Of a DNA stretch of 64,000 bases, positions 52,301 through 64,000 are shown piece by piece. How positions within the stretch are numbered: position 1 is the stretch's first letter; each line of letters begins with the position of its first letter. The notes under the pieces were generated by a model, which was not told the DNA's origin, did not search any database, and saw only the letters and a program-made list of their open reading frames with translations. The stretch comes from Eledone cirrhosa (lineage: Eukaryota): contig OZ024742.1 of the NCBI GenBank assembly GCA_964016885.1, positions 343,480,001 to 343,544,000 on the forward strand, in the 5' to 3' direction. A program made the position numbers and the translations under genes.

Positions 52301-55300
52301 AGTGTTACTCTCTTCCAGTAGAGATATATTTAGGGAATAGATATAGTGTTACTGTCTTCCAGTAGAGAGATATATTTAGGGAATAGATGTAGTGTTACTG
52401 TCTTCCAGTAGAGATATATTTAGGGAATAGATGTAGTGTTACTGTCTTCCAATAAAGAGATATATTTCGGGAATAGATGTAGTGTTACTGTCTTCCAGCA
52501 GAGAGAGATATTTAGGGAATAGATGTAGTGTTACTGTCTTCCAATAAAGAGATATATTTAGGGAATAGATGTAGTGTTACTCTCTTCCAGTAGAGATATA
52601 TTTAGGGAATAGATATAGTGTTACTGTCTTCCAGTAGAGAGATATATTTAGGGAATAGATATAGTGTTACTGTCTTCCAGTAGAGAGATATATTTATGGA
52701 ATAGATGTAGTGTTACTGTCTTCCAGTAGAGATATATTTAGGGAATAGATGTAGTATTACTCTCTTCCAATAGAGAGATATATTTAGGGAATAGATGCAG
52801 TGTTACTGTCTTCCAGTAGAGAGATATATTTAGGGAATAGATGTAGTGTTACTGTCTTCCAATAGAGAGATATATTTAGGGAATAGATGTAGTGTTACTG
52901 TCTTCCAGTAGAGAGATATATTTAGGGAATAGATGTAGTGTTACTGTCTTCCAGTAGAGAGATATGTTTAGGGAATAGATGTAGTGTTACTGTCTTCCAA
53001 TAAAGAGATATATTTCGGGAATAGATGGAGTGTTACTGTCTTCCAGTAGAGAGAGATATTTAGGGAATAGATGTAGTGTTACTGTCTTCCAATAAAGAGA
53101 TATATTTAGGGAATAGATGTAGTGTTACTCTCTTCCAGTAGAGATATATTTAGGGAATAGATATAGTGTTACTGTCTTCCAGTAGAGAGATATATTTAGG
53201 GAATAGATGTAGTGTTACTGTCTTCCAGTAGAGATATATGTAGGGAATAGATGTAGCGTTACTCTCTTCCAATAGAGAGATATATTTAGGGAATAGATGT
53301 AGTGTTACAGTCTTCCAGTAGAGATATATTTAAGGAATAGATGTAGTGTTACTGTTTTCCAATAAAGAGAGATATTTAGGGAATAGATGTAGTGTTACTG
53401 TCTTACAATAAAGAGATATATTTAGGGAATAGATGTAGTAGAGAGATATATTTAGGGAATAGATGTAGTGTTACTGTCTTCCAGTAGAGAGATATATTTA
53501 GGGAATCGATGTAGTGTTACTGTCTTCCAATAAAGAGATATATTTAGGGAATAGATGTAGTGTTTCTGTCTTCCAGTATAGATATATTTAGGGAATAGAT
53601 GTAGTGTTACGGTCTTCCAGTAGAGAGATATATTTAGGGAATAGATGTAGTGTGACTGTCTTCCAGTAGAGATATATTTAGGGAATAGATGTAGTGCTAC
53701 TGTCTTCCAGTAGAGAGATATATTTAGGGAATAGATGTAGTGTTACTGTCTTCCAGTAGATATATTTAGGGAATAGATGTAGTGTTACAGTCTTCCAGTA
53801 GAGAGATATATTTAGGGAATAGATGTAGTGTGACTGTCTTCCAGTAGAGATATATTTAGGGAATAGATGTAGTGCTACTGTTTTCCAGTAGAGAGATATA
53901 TTTAGGGAATAGATGTAGTGTTACAGTCTTCCAGTAGAGATATATTTAAGGAATAGATGTAGTGTTACTGTTTTCCAATAAAGAGAGATATTTAGGGAAT
54001 AGATGTAGTGTTACTGTCTTACAATAAAGAGATATATTTAGGGAATAGATGTAGTAGAGAGATATATTTAGGGAATAGATGTAGTGTTACTGTCTTCCAG
54101 TAGAGAGATATATTTAGGGAATAGATGTAGTGTTACTGTCTTCCAATAAAGAGATATATTTAGGGAATAGATGTAGTGTTACTCTCTTCCAGTAGAGAGA
54201 TATATATAGGGAATAGATGCAGTGTTACTGTCTTCCAGTAGAGAGATATATTTAGGGAATAGACGTAGTGTTACTGTCTTCCAGTAGAGATATATTTAGG
54301 GAATAGATGTAGTGTTACTGTCTTCCAGTAGATATATTTATGGAATAGATGTAGTGTTACTGTCTTCCAATAAAGAGATATATTTCAGGAATAGATGTAG
54401 TGTTACTGTCTTCCAGTAGAGAGATGTATTTAGGGAATAGATGTAGTGTTACTGTCTTCCAATAAAGAGATATATTTAGGGAATAGATGTAGTGTTACTC
54501 TCTTCCAGTAGAGATATATTTAGGGAATAGATATAGTGTTACTGTCTTCCAGTAGAGAGATATATTTAGGGAATAGATGTAGTGTTACTGTCTTCCAGTA
54601 GAGATATATTTAGGGAATAGATGTAGTGTTACTGTCTTCCAATAAAGAGATATATTTCGGGAATAGATGTAGTGTTACTGTCTTCCAGTAGAGAGAGATA
54701 TTTAGGGAATAGATGTAGTGTTACTGTCTTCCAATAAAGAGATATATTTAGGGAATAGATGTAGTGTTACTCTCTTCCAGTAGAGATATATTTAGGGAAT
54801 AGATATAGTGTTACTGTCTTCCAGTAGAGAGATATATTTAGGGAATAGATGTAGTGTTACTGTCTTCCAGTAGAGATATATTTAGGGAATAGATGTAGTT
54901 TTTACTGTCTTCCAATAAAGAGATATATTTCGGGAATAGATGTAGTGTTACTGTCTTCCAGTAGAGAGATATATTTAGGGAATAGATGTAGTGTTACTGT
55001 CTTCCAATAAAGAGATATATTTAGGGAATAGATGTAGTGTTACTCTCTCCCAGTAGAGAGATATATTTAGGGAATAGATGTAGTGTTACTGTCTTCCAGT
55101 AGAGATATATTTAGGGAATAGATGTAGTTTTTACTGTCTTCCAATAAAGAGATATATTTCGGGAATAGATGTAGTGTTACTGTCTTCCAATAAAGAGATA
55201 TATTTAGGGAATAGATGTAGTGTTACTCTCTTCCAGTAGAGATATATTTAGGGAATAGATATAGTGTTACTGTCTTCCAGTAGAGAGAGATATTTAGGGA

Positions 55301-58300
55301 ATAGATGTAGTGTTACTGTCTTCCAATAAAGAGATATATTTAGGGAATAGATGTAGTGTTACTCTCTTCCAGTAGAGATATATTTAGGGAATAGATATAG
55401 TGTTACTGTCTTCCAGTAGAGAGATATATTTAGGGAATAGATGTAGTGTTACTGTCTTCCAGTAGAGATATATTTAGGGAATAGATGTAGTGTTACTGTC
55501 TTCCAATAAAGAGATATATTTAGGGAATAGATGTAGTGTTACTGTCTTACAATAAAGAGATATATTTAGGGAATACATGTAGTAGAGAGATATATTTAGG
55601 GAATAGATGTAGTGTTACTGTCTTCCAGTAGAGAGATATATTTAGGGAATAGATGTAGTGTTACTGTCTTCCAATAAAGAGATATATATAGGGAATAGAT
55701 GCAGTGTTACTGTCTTCCAGTAGAGAGATATATTTAGGGAATAGACGTAGTGTTACTGTCTTCCAGTAGAGATATATTTAGGGAATAGATGTAGTGTTAC
55801 TGTCTTCCAGTAGATATATTTAGGGAATAGATGTAGTGTTACTGTCTTCCAATAAAGAGATATATTTCGGGAATAGATGTAGTGTTACTGTCTTCCAGTA
55901 GAGAGATGTATTTAGGGAATAGATGTAGTGTTAATGTCTTCCAATAAAGAGATATACTTAGGGAATAGATGTAGTGTTACTCTCTTCCAGTAGAGATATA
56001 TTTAGGGAATAGATATAGTGTTACTGTCTTCCAGTAGAGAGATATATTTAGGGAATAGATGTAGTGTTACTGTCTTCCAGTAGAGATATATTTAGGGAAT
56101 AGATGTAGTGTTACTGTCTTCCAATAAAGAGATATATTTCGGGAATAGATGTAGTGTTACTGTCTTCCAGCAGAGAGAGATATTTAGGGAATAGATGTAG
56201 TGTTACTGTCTTCCAATAAAGAGATATATTTAGGGAATAGATGTAGTGTTACTCTCTTCCAGTAGAGATATATTTAGGGAATAGATATAGTGTTACTGTC
56301 TTCCAGTAGAGAGATATATTTAGGGAATAGATATAGTGTTACTGTCTTCCAGTAGAGAGATATATTTATGGAATAGATGTAGTGTTACTGTCTTCCAGTA
56401 GAGATATATTTAGGGAATAGATGTAGTATTACTCTCTTCCAATAGAGAGATATATTTAGGGAATAGATGCAGTGTTACTGTCTTCCAGTAGAGAGATATA
56501 TTTAGGGAATAGATGTAGTGTTACTGTCTTCCAATAGAGAGATATATTTAGGGAATAGATGTAGTGTTACTGTCTTCCAGTAGAGAGATATATTTAGGGA
56601 ATAGATGTAGTGTTACTGTCTTCCAGTAGAGAGATATGTTTAGGGAATAGATGTAGTGTTACTGTCTTCCAATAAAGAGATATATTTCGGGAATAGATGG
56701 AGTGTTACTGTCTTCCAGTAGAGAGAGATATTTAGGGAATAGATGTAGTGTTACTGTCTTCCAATAAAGAGATATATTTAGGGAATAGATGTAGTGTTAC
56801 TCTCTTCCAGTAGAGATATATTTAGGGAATAGATATAGTGTTACTGTCTTCCAGTAGAGAGATATATTTAGGGAATAGATGTAGTGTTACTGTCTTCCAG
56901 TAGAGATATATGTAGGGAATAGATGTAGCGTTACTCTCTTCCAATAGAGAGATATATTTAGGGAATAGATGTAGTGTTACAGTCTTCCAGTAGAGATATA
57001 TTTAAGGAATAGATGTAGTGTTACTGTTTTCCAATAAAGAGAGATATTTAGGGAATAGATGTAGTGTTACTGTCTTACAATAAAGAGATATATTTAGGGA
57101 ATAGATGTAGTAGAGAGATATATTTAGGGAATAGATGTAGTGTTACTGTCTTCCAGTAGAGAGATATATTTAGGGAATAGATGTAGTGTTACTGTCTTCC
57201 AATAAAGAGATATATTTAGGGAATAGATGTAGTGTTACTGTCTTCCAATAAAGAGATATATTTAGCGAATAGATGTAGTGTTTCTGTCTTCCAGTATAGA
57301 TATATTTAGGGAATAGATGTAGTGTTACGGTCTTCCAGTAGAGAGATATATTTAGGGAATAGATGTAGTGTGACTGTCTTCCAGTAGAGATATATTTAGG
57401 GAATAGATGTAGTGCTACTGTCTTCCAGTAGAGAGATATATTTAGGGAATAGATGTAGTGTTACTGTCTTCCAGTAGATATATTTAGGGAATAGATGTAG
57501 TGTTACAGTCTTCCAGTAGAGAGATATATTTAGGGAATAGATGTAGTGTGACTGTCTTCCAGTAGAGATATATTTAGGGAATAGATGTAGTGTTACTGTC
57601 TTCCAGTAGATATATTTATGGAATAGATGTAGTGTTACTGTCTTCCAATAAAGAGATATATTTCAGGAATAGATGTAGTGTTACTGTCTTCCAGTAGAGA
57701 GATGTATTTAGGGAATAGATGTAGTGTTACTGTCTTCCAATAAAGAGATATATTTAGGGAATAGATGTAGTGTTACTCTCTTCCAGTAGAGATATATTTA
57801 GGGAATAGATATAGTGTTACTGTCTTCCAGTAGAGAGATATATTTAGGGAATAGATGTAGTGTTACTGTCTTCCAGTAGAGATATATTTAGGGAATAGAT
57901 GTAGTGTTACTGTCTTCCAATAAAGAGATATATTTCGGGAATAGATGTAGTGTTACTGTCTTCCAGTAGAGAGAGATATTTAGGGAATAGATGTAGTGTT
58001 ACTGTCTTCCAATAAAGAGATATATTTAGGGAATAGATGTAGTGTTACTCTCTTCCAGTAGAGATATATTTAGGGAATAGATATAGTGTTACTGTCTTCC
58101 AGTAGAGAGATATATTTAGGGAATAGATGTAGTGTTACTGTCTTCCAGTAGAGATATATTTAGGGAATAGATGTAGTTTTTACTGTCTTCCAATAAAGAG
58201 ATATATTTCGGGAATAGATGTAGTGTTACTGTCTTCCAGTAGAGAGATATATTTAGGGAATAGATGTAGTGTTACTGTCTTCCAATAAAGAGATATATTT

Positions 58301-61300
58301 AGGGAATAGATGTAGTGTTACTCTCTCCCAGTAGAGAGATATATTTAGGGAATAGATGTAGTGTTACTGTCTTCCAGTAGAGATATATTTAGGGAATAGA
58401 TGTAGTTTTTACTGTCTTCCAATAAAGAGATATATTTCGGGAATAGATGTAGTGTTACTGTCTTCCAATAAAGAGATATATTTAGGGAATAGATGTAGTG
58501 TTACTCTCTTCCAGTAGAGATATATTTAGGGAATAGATATAGTGTTACTGTCTTCCAGTAGAGAGAGATATTTAGGGAATAGATGTAGTGTTACTGTCTT
58601 CCAATAAAGAGATATATTTAGGGAATAGATGTAGTGTTACTCTCTTCCAGTAGAGATATATTTAGGGAATAGATATAGTGTTACTGTCTTCCAGTAGAGA
58701 GATATATTTAGGGAATAGATGTAGTGTTACTGTCTTCCAGTAGAGATATATTTAGGGAATAGATGTAGTGTTACTGTCTTCCAATAAAGAGATATATTTC
58801 GGGAATAGATGTAGTGTTACTGTCTTCCAGTAGAGAGAGATATTTAGGGAATAGATGTAGTGTTACTGTCTTCCAATAAAGAGATATATTTAGGGAATAG
58901 ATGTAGTGTTACTCTCTTCCAGTAGAGATATATTTAGGGAATAGATATAGTGTTACTGTTTTCCAGTAGAGAGATATATTTAGGGAATAGATGTAGTGTT
59001 AATGTCTTCCAGTAGAGATATATTTAGGGAATAGATGTAGCGTTACTGTCTTCCAGTAGAGAGATATTTAGGGAAAAGATGTAGTGTTAGTGTCTTCCAG
59101 TAGAGAGATATATTTAGGAAATAGATTTAGTGTTACTGTCTTCCAATAAAGAGAGATATTTAGGGAATAGATGTAGTGTTACTCTCTTCCAATAGAGAGA
59201 TATATTTAGGAAATAGATGTAGTGTTTCGGTCTTCCAGTTGAGATATATTTAGGGAATAGATGTAGTGTTACTGTCTTCCAGTAGAGAGATATATTTAGG
59301 GAATAGATGTAGTGTTACTGACTTCCAATAAAGAGATATATTTAGGGAATAGATGTAGTGTTACTCTCTTCCAGTAGAGAGATATATATAGGGAATAGAT
59401 GCAGTGTTACTGTCTTCCAGTAGAGAGATATATTTAGGGAATAGACGTAGTGTTACTGTCTTCCAGTAGAGATATATTTAGGGAACAGATGTAGTGTTAC
59501 TGTCTTCCAGTAGATATATTTAGGGAATAGATGTAGTGTTACTGTCTTCCAATAAAGAGATATATTTAGGGAATAGATGTAGTGTTACTGTCTTCCAGTA
59601 GAGAGATATATTTAGGGAATAGATGTAGTGTTACTGTCTTCCAGTAGAGAGATATATTTAGGGAATAGATGTAGTGTGACTGTCTTCCAGTAGAGATATA
59701 TTTAGGGAATAGATGTAGTGCTACTGTCTTCCAGTAGAGAGATATATTTAGGGAATAGATGTAGTGTTACTGTCTTCCAGTAGATATATTTAGGGAATAG
59801 ATGTAGTGTTACTGTCTTCCAGTAGAGAGATATATTTAGGGAATAGATGTAGTGTTACTCTCTTCCAATAGAGAGATATATTTAGGGAATAGATGTAGTG
59901 TTACAGTCTTCCAGTAGAGATATATTTAAGGAATAGATGTAGTGTTACTGTTTTCCAATAAAGAGAGATATTTAGGGAATAGATGTAGTGTTACTGTCTT
60001 ACAATAAAGAGATATATTTAGGGAATAGATGTAGTAGAGAAATATATTTAGGGAATAGATGTAGTATTACTGTCTTCCAGTAGAGAGATATATTTAGGGA
60101 ATAGATGTAGTGTTACTGTCTTCCAATAAAGAGATATATTTAGGGAATAGATGTAGTGTTACTCTCTTCCAGTAGAGAGATATATATAGGGAATAGATGC
60201 AGTGTTACTGTCTTCCAGTAGAGAGATATATTTAGGTAATAGATGTAGTGTTACTGTCTTCCAGTAGAGATATATTTAGGGAATAGATGTAGTGTTACTG
60301 TCTTCCAGTAGATATATTTAGGGAATAGATGTTGTGTTACTGTCTTCCAGTAGAGAGATATATTTAGGGAATAGATGTAGTGTTACTCTCTTCCAATAGA
60401 GAGATATATTTAGGGAATAGATGTAGTGTTACAGTCTTCCAGTAGAGATATATTTAAGGAATAGATGTAGTGTTACTGTTTTCCAATAAAGAGAGATATT
60501 TAGGGAATAGATGTAGTGTTACTGTCTTACAATAATGAGATATATTTAGGGAATAGATGTAGTAGAGAGATATATTTAGGGAATAGATGTAGTGTTACTG
60601 TCTTCCAGTAGAGATATATATTTAGGGAATAGTTGTACTGTTACTGTCTTCCAATAAAGAGATATATTTAGGGAATAGATGTAGTGTTACTCTCTTCCAG
60701 TAGAGAGATATATATAGGGAATAGATGCAGTGTTACTGTCTTCCAGTAGAGAGATATATTGAGGGAATAGATGTAGTGTTACTGTCTTTCAATAGAGAGA
60801 TATATTTAGGGAATAGATGTAGTGTTACTGTCTTCCAGTAGAGAGATATATTTAGGGAATAGATGTAGTGTTACTGTCTTCCAGTAGAGAGATATGTTTA
60901 GGGAATAGATGTAGTGTTACTGTCTTCCAATAAAGAGATATATTTAGGGAATAGATGTAGTGTTACTCTCTTCCAGTAAAGATATATTTAGGGAATAGAT
61001 ATAGTGTTACTGTCTTACAGTAGAGAGATATATTTAGGGAATAGATGTAGTGTTACTGTCTTCCAGTAGAGATATATTTAGGGAATAGATGTAGCGTTAC
61101 TCTCTTCCAATAGAGAGATATATTTAGGGAATAGATGTAGTGTTACAGTCTTCCAGTAGAGATATATTTAAGGAATAGATGTAGTGTTACTGTTTTCCAA
61201 TAAAGAGAGATATTTAGGGAATAGATGTAGTGTTACTGTCTTCCAATAAAGAGATATATTTAGGGAATAGATGTAGTGTTTCTGTCTTCCAGTATAGATA

Positions 61301-64000
61301 TATTTAGGGAATAGATGTAGTGTTACGGTCTTCCAGTAGAGAGATATATTTAGGGAATAGATGTAGTGTGACTGTCTTCCAGTAGAGATATATTTAGGGA
61401 ATAGATGTAGTGCTACTGTCTTCCAGTAGAGAGATATATTTAGGGAATAGATGTAGTGTTACTGTCTTCCAGTAGAGAGATATATTTAGGGAATAGATGT
61501 AGTGTTACTCTCTTCCAATAGAGAGATATATTTAGGGAATAGATGTAGTGTTACAGTTTTCCAGTAGAGATATATTTAAGGAATAGATGTAGTGTTACTG
61601 TTTTCCAATAAAGAGAGATATTTAGGGAATAGATGTAGTGTTACTGTCTTACAATAAAGAGATATATTTAGGGAATACATGTAGTAGAGAGATATATTTA
61701 GGGAATAGATGTAGTGTTACTGTCTTCCAGTAGAGAGATATATTTAGGGAATAGATGTAGTGTTACTGTCTTCCAATAAAGAGATATATTTAGGGAATAG
61801 ATGTAGTGTTACTCTCTTCCAGTAGCGAGATATATATAGGGAATAGATGCAGTGTTACTGTCTTCCAGTAGAGAGATATATTTAGGGAATAGACGTAGTG
61901 TTACTGTCTTCCAGTAGAGATATATTTAGGGAATAGATGTAGTGTTACTGTCTTCCAGTAGATATATTTAGGGAATAGATGTAGTGTTACTGTCTTCCAA
62001 TAAAGAGATATATTTCGGGAATAGATGTAGTGTTACTGTCTTCCAGTAGAGAGATGTATTTAGGGAATAGATGTAGTGTTACTGTCTTCCAATAAAGAGA
62101 TATATTTAGGGAATAGATGTAGTGTTACTCTCTTCCAGTAGAGATATATTTAGGGAATAGATATAGTGTTACTGTCTTCCAGTAGAGAGATATATTTAGG
62201 GAATAGATGTAGTGTTACTGTCTTCCAGTAGAGAGATATATTTAGGGAATAGATGTAGTGTTACTCTCTTCCAGTAGAGATATATTTAGGGAATAGATAT
62301 AGTGTTACTGTCTTCCAGTAGAGAGATATATTTATGGAATAGATGTAGTGTTACTGTCTTCCAGTAGAGATATATTTAGGGAATAGATGTAGTGTTACTC
62401 TCTTCCAATAGAGAGATATATTTAGGGAATAGATGCAGTGTTACTGTCTTCCAGTAGAGAGATATATTTAGGGAATAGATGTAGTGTTACTGTCTTCCAA
62501 TATAGAGATATATTTAGGGAATAGATGTAGTGTTACTGTCTTCCAGTAGAGAGATATATTTAGGGAATAGATGTAGTGTTACTGTCTTCCAGTAGAGAGA
62601 TATGTTTAGGGAATAGATGTAGTGTTACTGTCTTCCAATAAAGAGATATATTTCGGGAATAGATGGAGTGTTACTGTCTTCCAGTAGAGAGAGATATTTA
62701 GGGAATAGATGTAGTGTTACTGTCTTCCAATAAAGAGATATATTTAGGGAATAGATGTAGTGTTACTCTCTTCCAGTAGAGATATATTTAGGGAATAGAT
62801 ATAGTGTTACTGTCTTCCAGTAGAGAGATATATTTAGGGAATAGATGTAGTGTTACTGTCTTCCAGTAGAGATATATTTAGGGAATAGATGTAGCGTTAC
62901 TCTCTTCCAATAGAGAGATATATTTAGGGAATAGATGTAGTGTTACAGTCTTCCAGTAGAGATATATTTAAGGAATAGATGTAGTGTTACTGTTTTCCAA
63001 TAAAGAGAGATATTTAGGGAATAGATGTAGTGTTACTGTCTTACAATAAAGAGATATATTTAGGGAATAGATGTAGTAGAGAGATATATTTAGGGAATAG
63101 ATGTAGTGTTACTGTCTTCCAGTAGAGAGATATATTTAGGGAATAGATGTAGTGTTACTGTCTTCCAATAAAGAGATATATTTAGGTAATAGATGTAGTG
63201 TTACTGTCTTCCAATAAAGAGATATATTTAGGGAATAGATGTAGTGTTTCTGTCTTCCAGTATAGATATATTTAGGGAATAGATGTAGTGTTACGGTCTT
63301 CCAGTTGAGAGATATATTTAGGGAATAGATGTAGTGTGACTGTCTTCCAGTAGAGATATATTTAGGGAATAGATGTAGTGCTACTGTCTTCCAGTAGAGA
63401 GATATATTTAGGGAATAGATGTAGTGTTACTGTCTTCCAGTAGATATATTTAGGGAATAGATGTAGTGCTACTGTTTTCCAGTAGAGAGATATATTTAGG
63501 GAATAGATGTAGTGTTACAGTCTTCCAGTAGAGATATATTTAAGGAATAGATGTAGTGTTACTGTTTTCCAATAAAGAGAGATATTTAGGGAATAGATGT
63601 AGTGTTACTGTCTTACAATAAAGAGATATATTTAGGGAATAGATGTAGTAGAGAGATATATTTAGGGAATAGATGTAGTGTTACTGTCTTCCAGTAGAGA
63701 GATATATTTAGGGAATAGATGTAGTGTTACTGTCTTCCAATAGAGAGATATATTTAGGGAATAGATGTAGTGTTACTGTCTTCCAGTAGAGAGATATGTT
63801 TAGGGAATAGATGTAGTGTTACTGTCTTCCAATAAAGAGATATATTTCGGGAATAGATGGAGTGTTACTGTCTTCCAGTAGAGAGAGATATTTAGGGAAT
63901 AGATGTAGTGTTACTGTCTTCCAATAAAGAGATATATTTAGAGAATAGATGTAGTGTTACTCTCTTCCAGTAGAGATATATTTAGGGAATAGATATAGTG
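34397..64000 (-). repeat. Same 44/46-bp satellite in reverse-complement orientation, right array (~650 monomers, runs off the window)
   Basis: GTAGAGAGATATATTTAGGGAATAGATGTAGTGTTACTGTCTTCCA is the reverse complement of the left monomer; 42-bp and 30-bp variants also occur. Confidence 0.99.

Overview
Eukaryotic, AT-rich, repeat-dense DNA, most likely a cephalopod (Octopus-type SINE motifs, mollusc-type chitin-binding protein). About 39 kb is one 44/46-bp satellite in two arrays of opposite polarity (1-~9660 and 34397-64000). Nearly every monomer carries one CCCTAA (left array) or TTAGGG (right array). The arrays enclose a ~24.7-kb island. The island holds: an apparently intact 3-exon gene (minus strand, ~409 aa) for a secreted protein with ~6 chitin-binding type-2 (CBM14/peritrophin-A) domains; an orphan SLC22-like first exon; a very young but integrase-deleted Gypsy element (403-bp LTRs, tRNA-Trp PBS, -1 frameshift site) with a SINE nested in RNase H; three L1/Tx1-like LINE fragments; a Penelope fragment with inverted pseudo-LTRs and a decayed hammerhead; RTE and CRE-like relics; an 18-bp minisatellite; a perfect 130-bp palindrome; and a long hairpin. 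All calls were made by eye, with no searches run. No CRISPR array or prokaryotic system is present.
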